A DNA stretch of 55,871 nucleotides from Pyrinomonadaceae bacterium (GTDB lineage Bacteria; Acidobacteriota; Blastocatellia; Pyrinomonadales; Pyrinomonadaceae), in contig JACDEG010000001.1 of the NCBI GenBank assembly GCA_013816505.1, positions 1 through 55,871 on the forward strand, given 5' to 3'. Positions 36,122-45,311 of the stretch are shown piece after piece. The translations under genes and the position numbers were made by a program. The first letter of the stretch is position 1. Each line of letters opens with the position of its first letter. The notes below the pieces were generated by a model. The model was given only the letters and a program-made list of their open reading frames with translations. It did no database searches and was not told where the DNA came from.

Positions 36122-37231
36122 ATGAGAAAACTCCAGGCAAACTGGGTCGCGCTATTCGCCGCGACCTTGATTGCATTCTATTTATGCTGGCTGATGCTTC
36201 AGCCATTTGTCGACGTGCTGATGTGGGCCGCGGTGCTGGCGATTGTCTTTTATCCGATTCATCGCCGCATCGTGCGACGCACCGCCAGCCCCGGCTGGGG
36301 CTCATTGCTGTCTTGCTTGTTGGTGATTGTGACGATCCTGCTGCCACTGACGCTGCTCACAATCGCGGTCGTCAACGAAGTAGGTAAGGTCGCACAGAAT
36401 CTACAACAGAATGTTGAAAGCCTCCTCGACCCTAATTCGCCGGTCACGGGGCGCGCTCTGAATTGGCTCGGCCAGTATGTCGATGTCGAGCGCCTGCGCT
36501 CTCAACAGTTCTTCGTTGAGCGGCTGAAAAGCATGAGTGGGGCCATCGCCGGACGAACTATCGGCGTTGTCGGTGGGCTGGTCGGCGTGGTGGTGCAAGT
36601 ATTTTTCATCATCTTCACGATGTTCTATTTCTTCCGCGACGGCGAACTGCTCAGGAACGCGCTACGCGACGTGCTGCCGTTAGAGCGCGCGCAGGCCAAC
36701 GAGATTTTCGTGCGCACTCGTGATGTGATCGGCGCGAGCGTCTACGGGGTCTTGGTCATCGCCACGATTCAGGGCACGCTGGGGGCGCTCGCCTTCTGGG
36801 TGCTGGGGCTTCCGTCGCCGCTGTTGTGGGGCGTCGTGATGCTGTTTCTCTCGATGATCCCGATGGCCGGTTCGTTCATCGTGTGGGTCCCGGCAGCCAT
36901 CTACCTAGCGGTCACGGGGGCGTGGCTGAAGGCCGTTCTGCTCACCGTCTGGGGCCTGCTCGTGATCGGGACGGTTGATAACTTTTTGAGGCCGAAGTTG
37001 GTTGGTGAGCGGACACATCTGCACGAGTTGCTGATCTTCTTTTCGGTGCTCGGCGGGCTACAGGTTTTCGGGGTTCTTGGTTTGGTGATCGGGCCTGTCG
37101 TCGTCGCTATCACGCTTGCGCTGCTCGACGTGTTTCGGCAGGCAGAGCGGCCGTCTGAAGTGACCATGCAGGAGCCGACCGTGATGGAAGAGCAGTCCGC
37201 GCTGCGTAACGTCGCAACCGCCAATGAATAG
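36122..37231 (+). CDS. AI-2E family (PerM/UPF0118) transporter
   Basis: It has about 8 TM segments, and LRPKLVGERTHLHELLIFFSVLGGLQVFGVLGLVIGP is typical of the family. ATG 36122 is preferred over the upstream extension. Confidence 0.75.
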   Translation: MRKLQANWVALFAATLIAFYLCWLMLQPFVDVLMWAAVLAIVFYPIHRRIVRRTASPGWGSLLSCLLVIVTILLPLTLLTIAVVNEVGKVAQNLQQNVESLLDPNSPVTGRALNWLGQYVDVERLRSQQFFVERLKSMSGAIAGRTIGVVGGLVGVVVQVFFIIFTMFYFFRDGELLRNALRDVLPLERAQANEIFVRTRDVIGASVYGVLVIATIQGTLGALAFWVLGLPSPLLWGVVMLFLSMIPMAGSFIVWVPAAIYLAVTGAWLKAVLLTVWGLLVIGTVDNFLRPKLVGERTHLHELLIFFSVLGGLQVFGVLGLVIGPVVVAITLALLDVFRQAERPSEVTMQEPTVMEEQSALRNVATANE

Positions 37232-37316
37232 AAAATCAGCGCGGGCGGTGTATTGTGAAGGTCGCTCAACTGACCTTATGAAGCAGAGGCTTGATGAGAC
37301 CCGGCTAACATAACAC

Positions 37317-37871
37317 ATGGAAATTGATGAAACGGTGAACCCCTGGCGCACACTCTCTTCGCGTCAGGTCTATGACAATCCCTGGATCAACGTCCGCGAG
37401 GATGCAGTGGTGCGACCTGACGGGAAGGACGGAATCTACGGTGTCGTGCATTACAAAAACCTCGCCATTGGTGTCCTCGCGTTGGACGGTGATTTTGTCT
37501 ACCTGGTCGGGCAATATCGTTACCCGCTCGGACGGTATTCGTGGGAGATTCCCGAAGGCGGTTGTGCCGAAGGTGAAGACCCGCTCGACGCCGCGCGGCG
37601 CGAATTAGAGGAAGAGACGGGACTTCAAGCTCGGCAGTGGGTTCGCGCCGGCGAAGCCCACCTCTCAAACTCGGTGGGCGACGAGTACGCCATCTGGTTT
37701 ATCGCCACCGACCTGGCGCAGGGCGAGCCGCGCCCCGACGGCACCGAACTCCTGCACGTGCGCCGCCTGCCTTTTACTGAAGCGGTGCGGATGACCCTCG
37801 CCGGAGAGATCACCGACGCCTTAAGCGTGCTGGCGATTACGCGCCATCGAATAACAGGAATCCTGAGTTGA
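37317..37871 (+). CDS. NUDIX hydrolase (ADP-ribose pyrophosphatase-like)
   Basis: The Nudix box is GGCAEGEDPLDAARRELEEETGL, preceded by WEIPEG. Confidence 0.85.
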   Translation: MEIDETVNPWRTLSSRQVYDNPWINVREDAVVRPDGKDGIYGVVHYKNLAIGVLALDGDFVYLVGQYRYPLGRYSWEIPEGGCAEGEDPLDAARRELEEETGLQARQWVRAGEAHLSNSVGDEYAIWFIATDLAQGEPRPDGTELLHVRRLPFTEAVRMTLAGEITDALSVLAITRHRITGILS

Positions 37872-37902
37872 GGCCTGCGGTCGGGGCAGTGTCAAATAAA
37901 AA

Positions 37903-37935
37903 CAGGGCCGCCGGTTCCGATTTCCGGCAGCCCTG
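37903..37935. terminator. Bidirectional-type hairpin between convergent genes
   Basis: cagggccgccgg and ccggcagccctg form a 12-bp stem with one mismatch and a 9-nt loop. A-rich sequence lies upstream and T/A-rich sequence downstream. Confidence 0.55.
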
Positions 37936-37975
37936 CAATCTAAATAATTAGTATTGAGTTAAGTTGCTGCACTCC

Positions 37976-38353
37976 CTAGGCGGCAACGTAATGATCATCC
38001 TGCGTTTCGGCAAAGACCCGACGACCATTCAAAGCATCGTCGATGATTTCGCGCACAGCCGCGACGTCCGGGTTTACGTCCATCCGGTTGCAAGCTCGCA
38101 GATGACGTAAAATGCCCTCAGTAGCTATATCGAGCGTCGGACCGTTCAACTTGGAATAGCGCCGGGCCTGAATGTGATCGATTGCTTTAAGCCGCTCGTC
38201 AAGCGGCAACGTCATGTTGAAATTCACTTTGCTCATCTCCTTAAGAATTGCCCTCTCCGTGAAGTACCCTGAAAAATAGGACTGTGACCAAATCAATGCG
38301 TCAAAACTTGAGATGTTTGAAACGCAAACTTGGATGCGTGATCGTGACATCAT
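37976..38353 (-). CDS. Hypothetical protein (possibly shorter, starting at ATG 38236; RHH-like N-terminus in that case)
   Basis: It lies in a low-GC region. The internal start gives MSKVNFNMTLPLDERLKAIDHIQARRY, a pattern compatible with ribbon-helix-helix. I recognise no family. Confidence 0.4.
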   Translation of the reverse strand: MMSRSRIQVCVSNISSFDALIWSQSYFSGYFTERAILKEMSKVNFNMTLPLDERLKAIDHIQARRYSKLNGPTLDIATEGILRHLRACNRMDVNPDVAAVREIIDDALNGRRVFAETQDDHYVAA

Positions 38354-38644
38354 AGGTCACATCCGCCAAAGCACGATCTAATCATGCTCGTCAAACACAG
38401 TCGTATATTTTGGGGCCTTATAAAACTCAGTATATTAAAATAATATGAACCAAAATGCTATAAAATTTTTCACGGAGGTACGGGCCTCAATCGACCCTTG
38501 CAAATCTTGCCTAATCCTCTGAAAAGCAAAGTTTTGTTTGATTGACCGAGCAGGAAAATGGCCGGGCCTTAAAGCGATCCGGCTTTTTTCTTTGAGCGGA
38601 GAGATGGTGGAAAAGGACATCATGACCAGTCAATCATAAAATTA

Positions 38645-38700
38645 ACGCCGCCTGCGGGTCAGAAGCGATATGTCTCGCTCGTGCTGAACGCGGGCGGCGT
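38645..38700 (-). terminator. Intrinsic terminator candidate for the HU gene
   Basis: On the minus strand, acgccgcccgcg...cgcaggcggcgt forms a 12-bp stem with one mismatch, followed by UAAUUUUAU. It begins 41 nt after the HU stop. Confidence 0.55.
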
Positions 38701-38740
38701 GTAAAAGACTTTCGAAGGGAGAATGATAAAAGAGCCGGAG

Positions 38741-39049
38741 CTACTTTTTGGGCACTACCGTGTCTTTCATGCCTTTACTAACGCGGAACTTGAGCGTTGT
38801 TTTGGCCGGTATTTGGATCGTATCGCCAGTCTGTGGGTTGCGGCCCTCCCGCGCTTTACGCTCCGAGAGAACTAATTTACCGAAGCCCGGTAGGGAGAAT
38901 TCACCGTTAGTTTTCACTTCACCGCCCGCCAGTGTGGCTAATTCATCAAAAATTTCCTTCACCTGCGAACGTTTCATATCAAATTTCTCGACGAAGTGGT
39001 TAAACACTTCGGACTGAGTCATGCGTTTCTTGGCTGCTTTGGTCGCCAT
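38741..39049 (-). CDS. HU/IHF-family histone-like DNA-binding protein
   Basis: GFGKLVLSERKAREGRNPQTGDTIQIPAKTTLKFRVSK is the HU beta-arm signature. AGGAGG lies 14 nt upstream of the ATG. Confidence 0.9.
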   Translation of the reverse strand: MATKAAKKRMTQSEVFNHFVEKFDMKRSQVKEIFDELATLAGGEVKTNGEFSLPGFGKLVLSERKAREGRNPQTGDTIQIPAKTTLKFRVSKGMKDTVVPKK

Positions 39050-39355
39050 ATCGAGATGTTGCTACCTCCTGTGATTCAGTGGAATTGAAAAATACGAACA
39101 AAACGACATATATCACACAGAATGGCGTCTCGTCTCTTAAAAAAAGCCAAATCTTCCAGTATCAGGCTAAAAAAAGCTGTCTTGCTTAACTTCAGTGCTG
39201 ATAAGGCGCAAAAGCCCGATTGCTGGTATGTAAAGACGGAAAAAGAGATGAGTCACGACCTAAGTGCGAAAGTCACGGGTAACACGGCGCGGGCCTAACT
39301 GTTCCGACATCCGGATGTCAGGACAAAAGAGAATCTTCGCGGAAGGCAAGTGTAA

Positions 39356-39429
<74 letters not shown>

Positions 39430-39505
39430 TCGACATCAAGCGAAGTTTTCTGATCGCCGAATGCTATAAACAACCCGGGCATTCTATGGCGGGTTTGAGG
39501 ACTGG

Positions 39506-40123
39506 TCAAGGCATTTGCGGAAGGCGTGTGCGAATGAACTGATAGGCTGCGTTGAACGCGCGAGCGCGGTGGCTGATCTGTTGTTTGATTGCTTCCGGCA
39601 ATTCGCCGAATGTCTGTTCGTACCCATCGGGAACAAATACAGCATCGTACCCAAAGCCATTGGTCCCGCGCGGCGCATCAGAAATCTGACCTTCGCAACA
39701 GCCGTCGAACATCCATGTCTCGCTTGTCGCGGGATCGGAGATAGCGACGCAGCAGAAGAAGCGTGCGCTTCGTGTCGTGGCGCTGACACGTTCGAGTTCG
39801 GATAAAAGGCGCGCGATCCTTTGCCCGTCCGTCGCCGCTACCCCGGCATACCGCGCCGAGAAAACGCCGGGCGCGCCGCCGAGCGCGTCAACCATCAGTC
39901 CCGAGTCGTCAGCGAGTGTCCAGCACTGAGTGGCCGTCGCATAAAAACGAGCCTTAAGAGAGGCGTTCTCCGCGAAGGTCTGACCGGTTTCTTCGACTGA
40001 ACCCACCCGCGAAAACTCGGCTAAAGTTCGTAAGCGCACCGGCGAATCCTTGAGCAGTGATACAAGCTCTCGAAGCTTTCCCGCATTGTGCGTGGCGATT
40101 AGCAAGTCTACTAACTGTGGCAT
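39506..40123 (-). CDS. rdgB: RdgB/HAM1 non-canonical purine NTP pyrophosphatase
   Basis: LLIATHNAGKLRE, DDSGLMVDALGGAPGVFSARYAG and GTNGFGYDAVFVPDGYEQTFGELPEAIKQQISHRARA are present. Confidence 0.85.
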   Translation of the reverse strand: MPQLVDLLIATHNAGKLRELVSLLKDSPVRLRTLAEFSRVGSVEETGQTFAENASLKARFYATATQCWTLADDSGLMVDALGGAPGVFSARYAGVAATDGQRIARLLSELERVSATTRSARFFCCVAISDPATSETWMFDGCCEGQISDAPRGTNGFGYDAVFVPDGYEQTFGELPEAIKQQISHRARAFNAAYQFIRTRLPQMP

Positions 40124-40216
40124 ACCAGAAACGATACGCGGCCAGGTCTCCGCATTCCAACGTTCGACTTGGGGGAAATAATTTTGTGATGAACCTTTTG
40201 CCAGTGACAGCGATTC

Positions 40217-41671
40217 GTGTTTACAATCAAATCGCGCGAGGCGTGTTTGTCATGCTTCTCGCGTCCCTGCCGAGAAAGGTACGCCGAGTTGAACATCAAC
40301 ACAAATTTCAGCGAACAAGTAACACTGAACGAATCACCCAACGACCGTCAAGCTTTGAGCACGGCAACGGTCGAGGTGGGACAAGATGAGCAGATCGAGA
40401 CGACTGTATGCGAGTTGGGGTTATGGTTGCGCGGAGTCGAAAGTTTCTTCGACGCAAGCAATTTGTTGTTCTCACCAAACGACCGAGCGCGAATAGTTAC
40501 CCGCGACTTTACTGATGAAATGCTTGTTGCGCATTCGGCTCTCCAGCGTTGCCTGCAACTCATTTCGGCTTTGAGTCGTGCAGGGACGCCGGGCCTTCGT
40601 CAGAGCCAGGACCACGCCTTGATAAACGGAGGTGAGTCGGCGCGCCTGACTGATGCGCTGGCGAGCGAAGCCGCGCACGTTCAGCCGGCGTCCTTAGCCG
40701 ATCCACTGACGGATGCGGGTGTCGTGTGCCGGACGTTAGTCCGAACGCAGGCCGTTAGTTTTGAGGCTTGGTCGAGCGTCGGCCGACTGCTGGTACGCGA
40801 GTTGAAGCGTTCGGAACATGCAAAACAGATTGTGCGGGCGGCGCGGCGCATCTCTTCATCGAATGTGCGACCGGAACTGTTGACACTGACCGAGCGCGTT
40901 CAGCCCGAATCTCTCGGCGCGGACTTGCGCGAAGTGTTCGTCAAACTAAATGACCTGCTCGATCAACTGCGATTCATCGAAGCATCTTTGAAACTCGACC
41001 GGCCACTTAAACAGATGTTGATCGTGTTTACCTTAATACATCAAGAGACGCGGTCTTTGCTGATGATGATTGAGGCGCGTGCGCTCCGCTCAGAGGATAT
41101 TGAACCGAGCATTTTCGAAATACTGGACAGTACCGCGTACGCCATCCGGATGGAACTGCGCAAGGCGCTTGAGTACGAACTGGCGGACCTCAGTGGCTCG
41201 CGCCAAATGCCCTTGATCTATGCCAAAGTCGAGAACGCCCACGGCATACTGCGCGATTGTTTCCAGCAGTCCGTTGTTGCCCTGGCGCAGGTTTTTGACG
41301 ACACCCTTGACGGAAAGCTGCTGTTCCAAAACTTTCAAACGAAGCTTGATCAATCACTCGCCCTGCGCCGCGATTTATGGACTCAGTTAAAATGCGTCGA
41401 GCGCGCCGAAAGCAGGTGCGACCCCCAAGCGGTGGCGGCGCTTAAAGAGTCTCTCTCTGCTTTCCGTGAAGGAGGATTGCGCCACCTGATGTATAAAGAT
41501 TGGGAGTCTTACGAGCTTTTCTTTGAAGAGATCGCTGTGGTGCGCAAGCCAGCCGAATTGTTACCCGTGCTGCACCGGTTTGCGGCGTACCTCGAAACGC
41601 TGCTCGGCCAGGTCAACATGCGCGCCGTACTCTCTGAGCATGCTTTCGACTACCCGAAGATAATAGTTTAG
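40217..41671 (+). CDS. Hypothetical protein, 484 aa, predicted all-helical, no recognised domain
   Basis: It is a long ORF with coding-like composition. It has no TM segment or signal peptide. The GTG start is uncertain. Confidence 0.5.
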   Translation: MFTIKSREACLSCFSRPCRERYAELNINTNFSEQVTLNESPNDRQALSTATVEVGQDEQIETTVCELGLWLRGVESFFDASNLLFSPNDRARIVTRDFTDEMLVAHSALQRCLQLISALSRAGTPGLRQSQDHALINGGESARLTDALASEAAHVQPASLADPLTDAGVVCRTLVRTQAVSFEAWSSVGRLLVRELKRSEHAKQIVRAARRISSSNVRPELLTLTERVQPESLGADLREVFVKLNDLLDQLRFIEASLKLDRPLKQMLIVFTLIHQETRSLLMMIEARALRSEDIEPSIFEILDSTAYAIRMELRKALEYELADLSGSRQMPLIYAKVENAHGILRDCFQQSVVALAQVFDDTLDGKLLFQNFQTKLDQSLALRRDLWTQLKCVERAESRCDPQAVAALKESLSAFREGGLRHLMYKDWESYELFFEEIAVVRKPAELLPVLHRFAAYLETLLGQVNMRAVLSEHAFDYPKIIV

Positions 41672-43431
41672 CGCGACGTGTCTCGGTCGTCGGTGCGTTG
41701 CGGTGCAAAGCGCCCGACCGCGTCGCCGAGTTGTCCGAAGGCTGAAAAGGTCTGCCGCATAAAGCCGTCCTCTTCTAACTCCGTCAACGTTACCGCGAAA
41801 CTCTCCCGCTCAAGTCTCTCCCGAAACTCGTTGTGATTCGTGGCTGCGCCATCCCGCCGCGACGCGGCGGCGAGGTATGAAATGAAAGAGTAAATTGACT
41901 CATCTTCGATGGTAAACGTCAGGATGCCGGCGGGCGACCCGGCGGGTATCAACCTTACGGCCCGCTTAAAACCCTCGACAGTGTCGAGCGTCTGGTTATT
42001 GGCCGACGCTTCGAGACAGTGGCGCACGCTTTCTTCACTGCCCATGATGAGGTGTTCCGCGACGTAGCCAGCGGCGCCGCGCTCCGGTGTGTTGGAAACA
42101 AACATCTCCGCTTCACCCACACGAGTCCGGCGCAGAGAGTTGCCGAGCCTCTTACGCACTTGCTCGCGCAGTGCTTGCTGGTCCTTCACGGCGACAATCA
42201 AAACCGTACCGCCCCGTTCCTGGCCGAGCCGAGCCGTCGTGACGGGCGCCTTCGCCGCGCGAAGAAAACTGCGTGGGGATTCGATGCCGTAGGGTTTCAA
42301 AGCCTCGTCGAGCAGGACGCTCACGAAAGGGGCGCTGAGTGCGTCAAGCTGTGAGGCGATGGCCGCATTAAAGCCGCGCCATGCGGCCTCAGGTTCTTGA
42401 TAGCGGTATTGCGTTACTTGCTGTGAGTCGGCAGGCAAAAGTTTTGCGGCGGGCATCGGCGCGGCGGCGTCCGACGTAACAAGCGCTTCGCGCAGGCGTG
42501 GCGCGAGGCCGTTGCGCAACGTAATGATATACCGATCCTCCATCCGCCCATTGGTCACACGCGCGCTCCAGCCGGCGGCGCCTAAAATTTTGTTTGAGAG
42601 TTGCGGCAACAGGCTCGCCGCGCCGCTTTGAATCTGCTGGCTGGAAGAGAGCTGGCCGACGTATGGCAGCACCGCGACCTCAAGGAGTTTGGCGGCATTC
42701 CCTTCGGAGACGAAACCGAAAGCCAGAGCGTCTCCGGCAGAAAGGCGCGCGCGCGCGTCAGCGAGTTGAGGATTGCCGATCAGCGTCGGCCGCTCGCCAT
42801 GTCGAGCGGCGAGGCATGATTCCACAACCGCTTCATCATTCCCGATGACGGCGACGCTCTCTGAGACGGCGGCGACAATCTTCCGCCGCGGTTCGCCCGG
42901 AGCACTCCACGTCACGAAGCTTATGCCATCCACGTCTTTACGCTCGATTCGTGGTGCACGGTAGGCGCGACGCGCGAAGTCGCCGACAAGTCTTTCGACT
43001 GCCGCGCGGACGCGCGCCTCGCCGGTGTGAGTCTCAGCGACGAGGGCGGCGCGTGGCACAATTCTGAGGGTCGTGGCGTCGCCTTCATTGGCTTCAAACC
43101 CAATCACGGTCACGGCGACCTGAGAACGCGATAGGACGACAGCCTCCGCCGGCCCGATTCCGGTCCACCAGACAAGCTTGCTCAGCCACCCCGCCCGCTC
43201 CAGGTTGTTTTCATCGGCGGCCAAAGGCGCGAGGGAGCGCCAAGCATCCGTCGAACGAAAGCCTTCGACGATGTCAGGTAAACTGTTCGCTTCGATGAAC
43301 ACGATTGAATCGGCTGGAACATAACCCGACATGTCGACCTTCTGCGGGCGATTCCACCACAGCCATCCGCCACTAATGACAATGAGCGTCGTCGTGACCA
43401 GCAGCAACTTCTTTAGGATGCCCATACACAC
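41668..43431 (-). CDS. Hypothetical N-terminally membrane-anchored protein (DUF3352-like?)
   Basis: The TM helix is LLLVTTTLIVISGGWLWW, followed by YVPADSIVFIEANSLPDIVEGF, which resembles the start of DUF3352 proteins (tentative). Its stop overlaps the stop of 40217..41671. Confidence 0.5.
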   Translation of the reverse strand: MCMGILKKLLLVTTTLIVISGGWLWWNRPQKVDMSGYVPADSIVFIEANSLPDIVEGFRSTDAWRSLAPLAADENNLERAGWLSKLVWWTGIGPAEAVVLSRSQVAVTVIGFEANEGDATTLRIVPRAALVAETHTGEARVRAAVERLVGDFARRAYRAPRIERKDVDGISFVTWSAPGEPRRKIVAAVSESVAVIGNDEAVVESCLAARHGERPTLIGNPQLADARARLSAGDALAFGFVSEGNAAKLLEVAVLPYVGQLSSSQQIQSGAASLLPQLSNKILGAAGWSARVTNGRMEDRYIITLRNGLAPRLREALVTSDAAAPMPAAKLLPADSQQVTQYRYQEPEAAWRGFNAAIASQLDALSAPFVSVLLDEALKPYGIESPRSFLRAAKAPVTTARLGQERGGTVLIVAVKDQQALREQVRKRLGNSLRRTRVGEAEMFVSNTPERGAAGYVAEHLIMGSEESVRHCLEASANNQTLDTVEGFKRAVRLIPAGSPAGILTFTIEDESIYSFISYLAAASRRDGAATNHNEFRERLERESFAVTLTELEEDGFMRQTFSAFGQLGDAVGRFAPQRTDDRDTSR

Positions 43432-43657
43432 GCATCCTATAGTCCGTGGTGCTGCACAGGCAAGGAAGCCACGCTTAGATGTTTGGGCGCGTGAGTGATC
43501 CTGTCACCCACAGCGCAAGGTCGGCCCGAAGAGTTTCTCGCAACCCCTCAATTAATCCGTAAAGAACGCCGTTGAGACTCCGGAAACTGTTTCATAATGC
43601 ATTGCTCAACAGGCGTAAATGCAGAAATACCGTCGTTTAAACAATCAAAAATATTAT

Positions 43658-43687
43658 TTGACACGAATTGCGATGGGCTGTTATAGT
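43658..43687 (+). promoter_or_regulatory. Sigma70-like promoter candidate (TTGACA-18-TATAGT) for the pil leader
   Basis: ttgaca (43658-43663) and tatagt (43682-43687) sit in an AT-rich stretch. The near-palindrome tactaac-cggtt-gttagta follows at 43703-43721. Confidence 0.5.
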
Positions 43688-43826
43688 TGCCGCGTCGATC
43701 AGTACTAACCGGTTGTTAGTATTTACGAGCAGGGATGCATACAAGAGGGCCACGACCGAGATTTTCGAGCAGCCGGCAGAACCTGATGAATCGAAGTCTC
43801 GTCATCGCATCTATTGAAACTCAACG

Positions 43827-43920
43827 ATAAAGGCACACCTCGTGCGAGCGGGGGTCGCAAAGCCTAAGGGGGTCGCACCGAACGAAGCTCGGTTTCGACT
43901 CAGCCAGGTTGCCGAAGGAG
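43827..43920 (+). promoter_or_regulatory. Candidate c-di-GMP-I (GEMM-I) riboswitch aptamer
   Basis: AUAAAGGCACACC-UCGU-GCGA-GCGG-GGGUCGCAAAGCC-[P2: GGGUCG CA CCGA ACGAAGC UCGG UUU CGACUC]-AGCCAGGUUGCCGAAGG. This is block-wise collinear with the remembered Vc2 aptamer: GGGCAAACC-stem-GNRA-stem-GGGACGCAAAGCC-P2-AGCGGGGUUACCGAUGG. Confidence 0.6.
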
Positions 43921-44252
43921 AGACGGTTGCCGCGTGACCACGAGTGCTAATTCGTACGCAGCGCGCTCCTTCCACCTACTTCTTCCAATCATCCATCAAC
44001 CTAATTTCAAGCGGCGCGTTAGATTGAAAGTCTTGCCACACGACCCTCTGCTGTGAGCCAGGGGCGTGTCAGCAATCCCCCGATGAGTAAGCACGCACCG
44101 ACCTCCCCCAAGCCATATGAAAACCCTAGAACCGAACGAATTAAAGCCTACCCACGTGCGCCCGACGCGTTTCCGAGTCCGCCGCGTCCGTGACCGCTTG
44201 CGTCGAGTAAAATCGCCGGAGAATCGGACCACTCGCGAGGAACAATTAACCT

Positions 44253-45311
44253 ATGTTTGGAAAAAGTAGAAAAAAGAATTTGGTCGGTCTGGACATCGGA
44301 TCATGCTCGGTGAAAGCCGTCGAGCTGCAAGGCGAATTGGGCAACCTCTCCCTCGCCCACCTCGGTCTGGAGTTGCTTCAGCCGGACACGGTGGTTGACG
44401 GACAGATCATGGAATTCAACGACGTGTCACACGTCATCGCGTCGATTTTCAGCACAAATCAGATCAAAACCGAGCGCGTCGCGGCCGGCGTGAGCGGCGG
44501 TTCGGTGATCGTCAAAAACATCACCGTGCCGCAGATGAGCCGGAAAGAGTTGGAAGATTCAATCGACTGGCATGCCGAAGAGCACATCCCCTTTGATATT
44601 TCCGATGTCAGTTTGGATTACCAGGTTATCGGCTCGGACGGGGACTCGCTGCACGTTTTGATGGCCGCCTGCAAGCGCGACTTCGTCGCCAATCTAAAGC
44701 AGGCGGTGCAACTCGCTGGGAAGCAGCCTGTAATCATCGATGTCGACGCCTTCGCGCTGCAAAACTGCTACGAGATGAATTACCAACCAACTGACGATCA
44801 ACTGGTCGCGCTGCTCAACATCGGTGCCTCCAAAATGAATATCAATATCCTGCAGGGCACGAAGAGCATCTTCACGCGCGACGTCTCTTCCGGGGGGAAC
44901 AAGTACACTGCGTTGCTGCAGAAGGAACTCGGCTTGACGTACGAGCAGGCGGAGGCGGTGAAGCGGGGCGCGCCGGCGCCGGCTGAAGTGGGAGAGCATG
45001 ACTTCGAGTCATCCTTCGAGACTGTCTCTGACATGCTGGCGCTGGAGATTCAAAAGACTTTGGATTTTTACCGCGCGACCGCGGCAGAGGGCAACACTTC
45101 GGTGCAAAAAATCCTGATCTCGGGTGGCGGCTCGAAACTCAAAGTGCTGCCCCAACGCCTGGCAAATCGACTCGAGATTCCGGTCGAGGCCTTCGACCCG
45201 TTCCGCCGCATTAAAATCGACCCCAAACGTTTCGACGCCGCCTTCGTGCAGGACATGATGCCGTTGATGGCCGTCGCGGTGGGCCTTGCGCTGAGAGGAG
45301 TTGAGGCTTAA
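44253..45311 (+). CDS. pilM: Type IV pilus assembly ATPase-fold protein PilM
   Basis: LVGLDIGSCSVKAVEL is the actin-like fold N-terminus. ILISGGGSKL and AVAVGLALR at the C-terminus are also present. It is the first gene of a pilMNOPQ order. Confidence 0.9.
   Translation: MFGKSRKKNLVGLDIGSCSVKAVELQGELGNLSLAHLGLELLQPDTVVDGQIMEFNDVSHVIASIFSTNQIKTERVAAGVSGGSVIVKNITVPQMSRKELEDSIDWHAEEHIPFDISDVSLDYQVIGSDGDSLHVLMAACKRDFVANLKQAVQLAGKQPVIIDVDAFALQNCYEMNYQPTDDQLVALLNIGASKMNINILQGTKSIFTRDVSSGGNKYTALLQKELGLTYEQAEAVKRGAPAPAEVGEHDFESSFETVSDMLALEIQKTLDFYRATAAEGNTSVQKILISGGGSKLKVLPQRLANRLEIPVEAFDPFRRIKIDPKRFDAAFVQDMMPLMAVAVGLALRGVEA

Noticed and set aside
39306-39319. Perfect 14-bp palindrome gacatccggatgtc as terminator of tRNA-Pro
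   Set aside because: There is no U-tract on either strand after the stem, and the stem is short. A function cannot be supported from sequence alone.
44083-44193. 36-codon Pro-rich mini-ORF in the pilM leader downstream of the putative riboswitch
   Set aside because: It has no Shine-Dalgarno sequence, and its composition (P/R/A-rich) looks non-coding. It is kept only as a remote possibility for a leader peptide.
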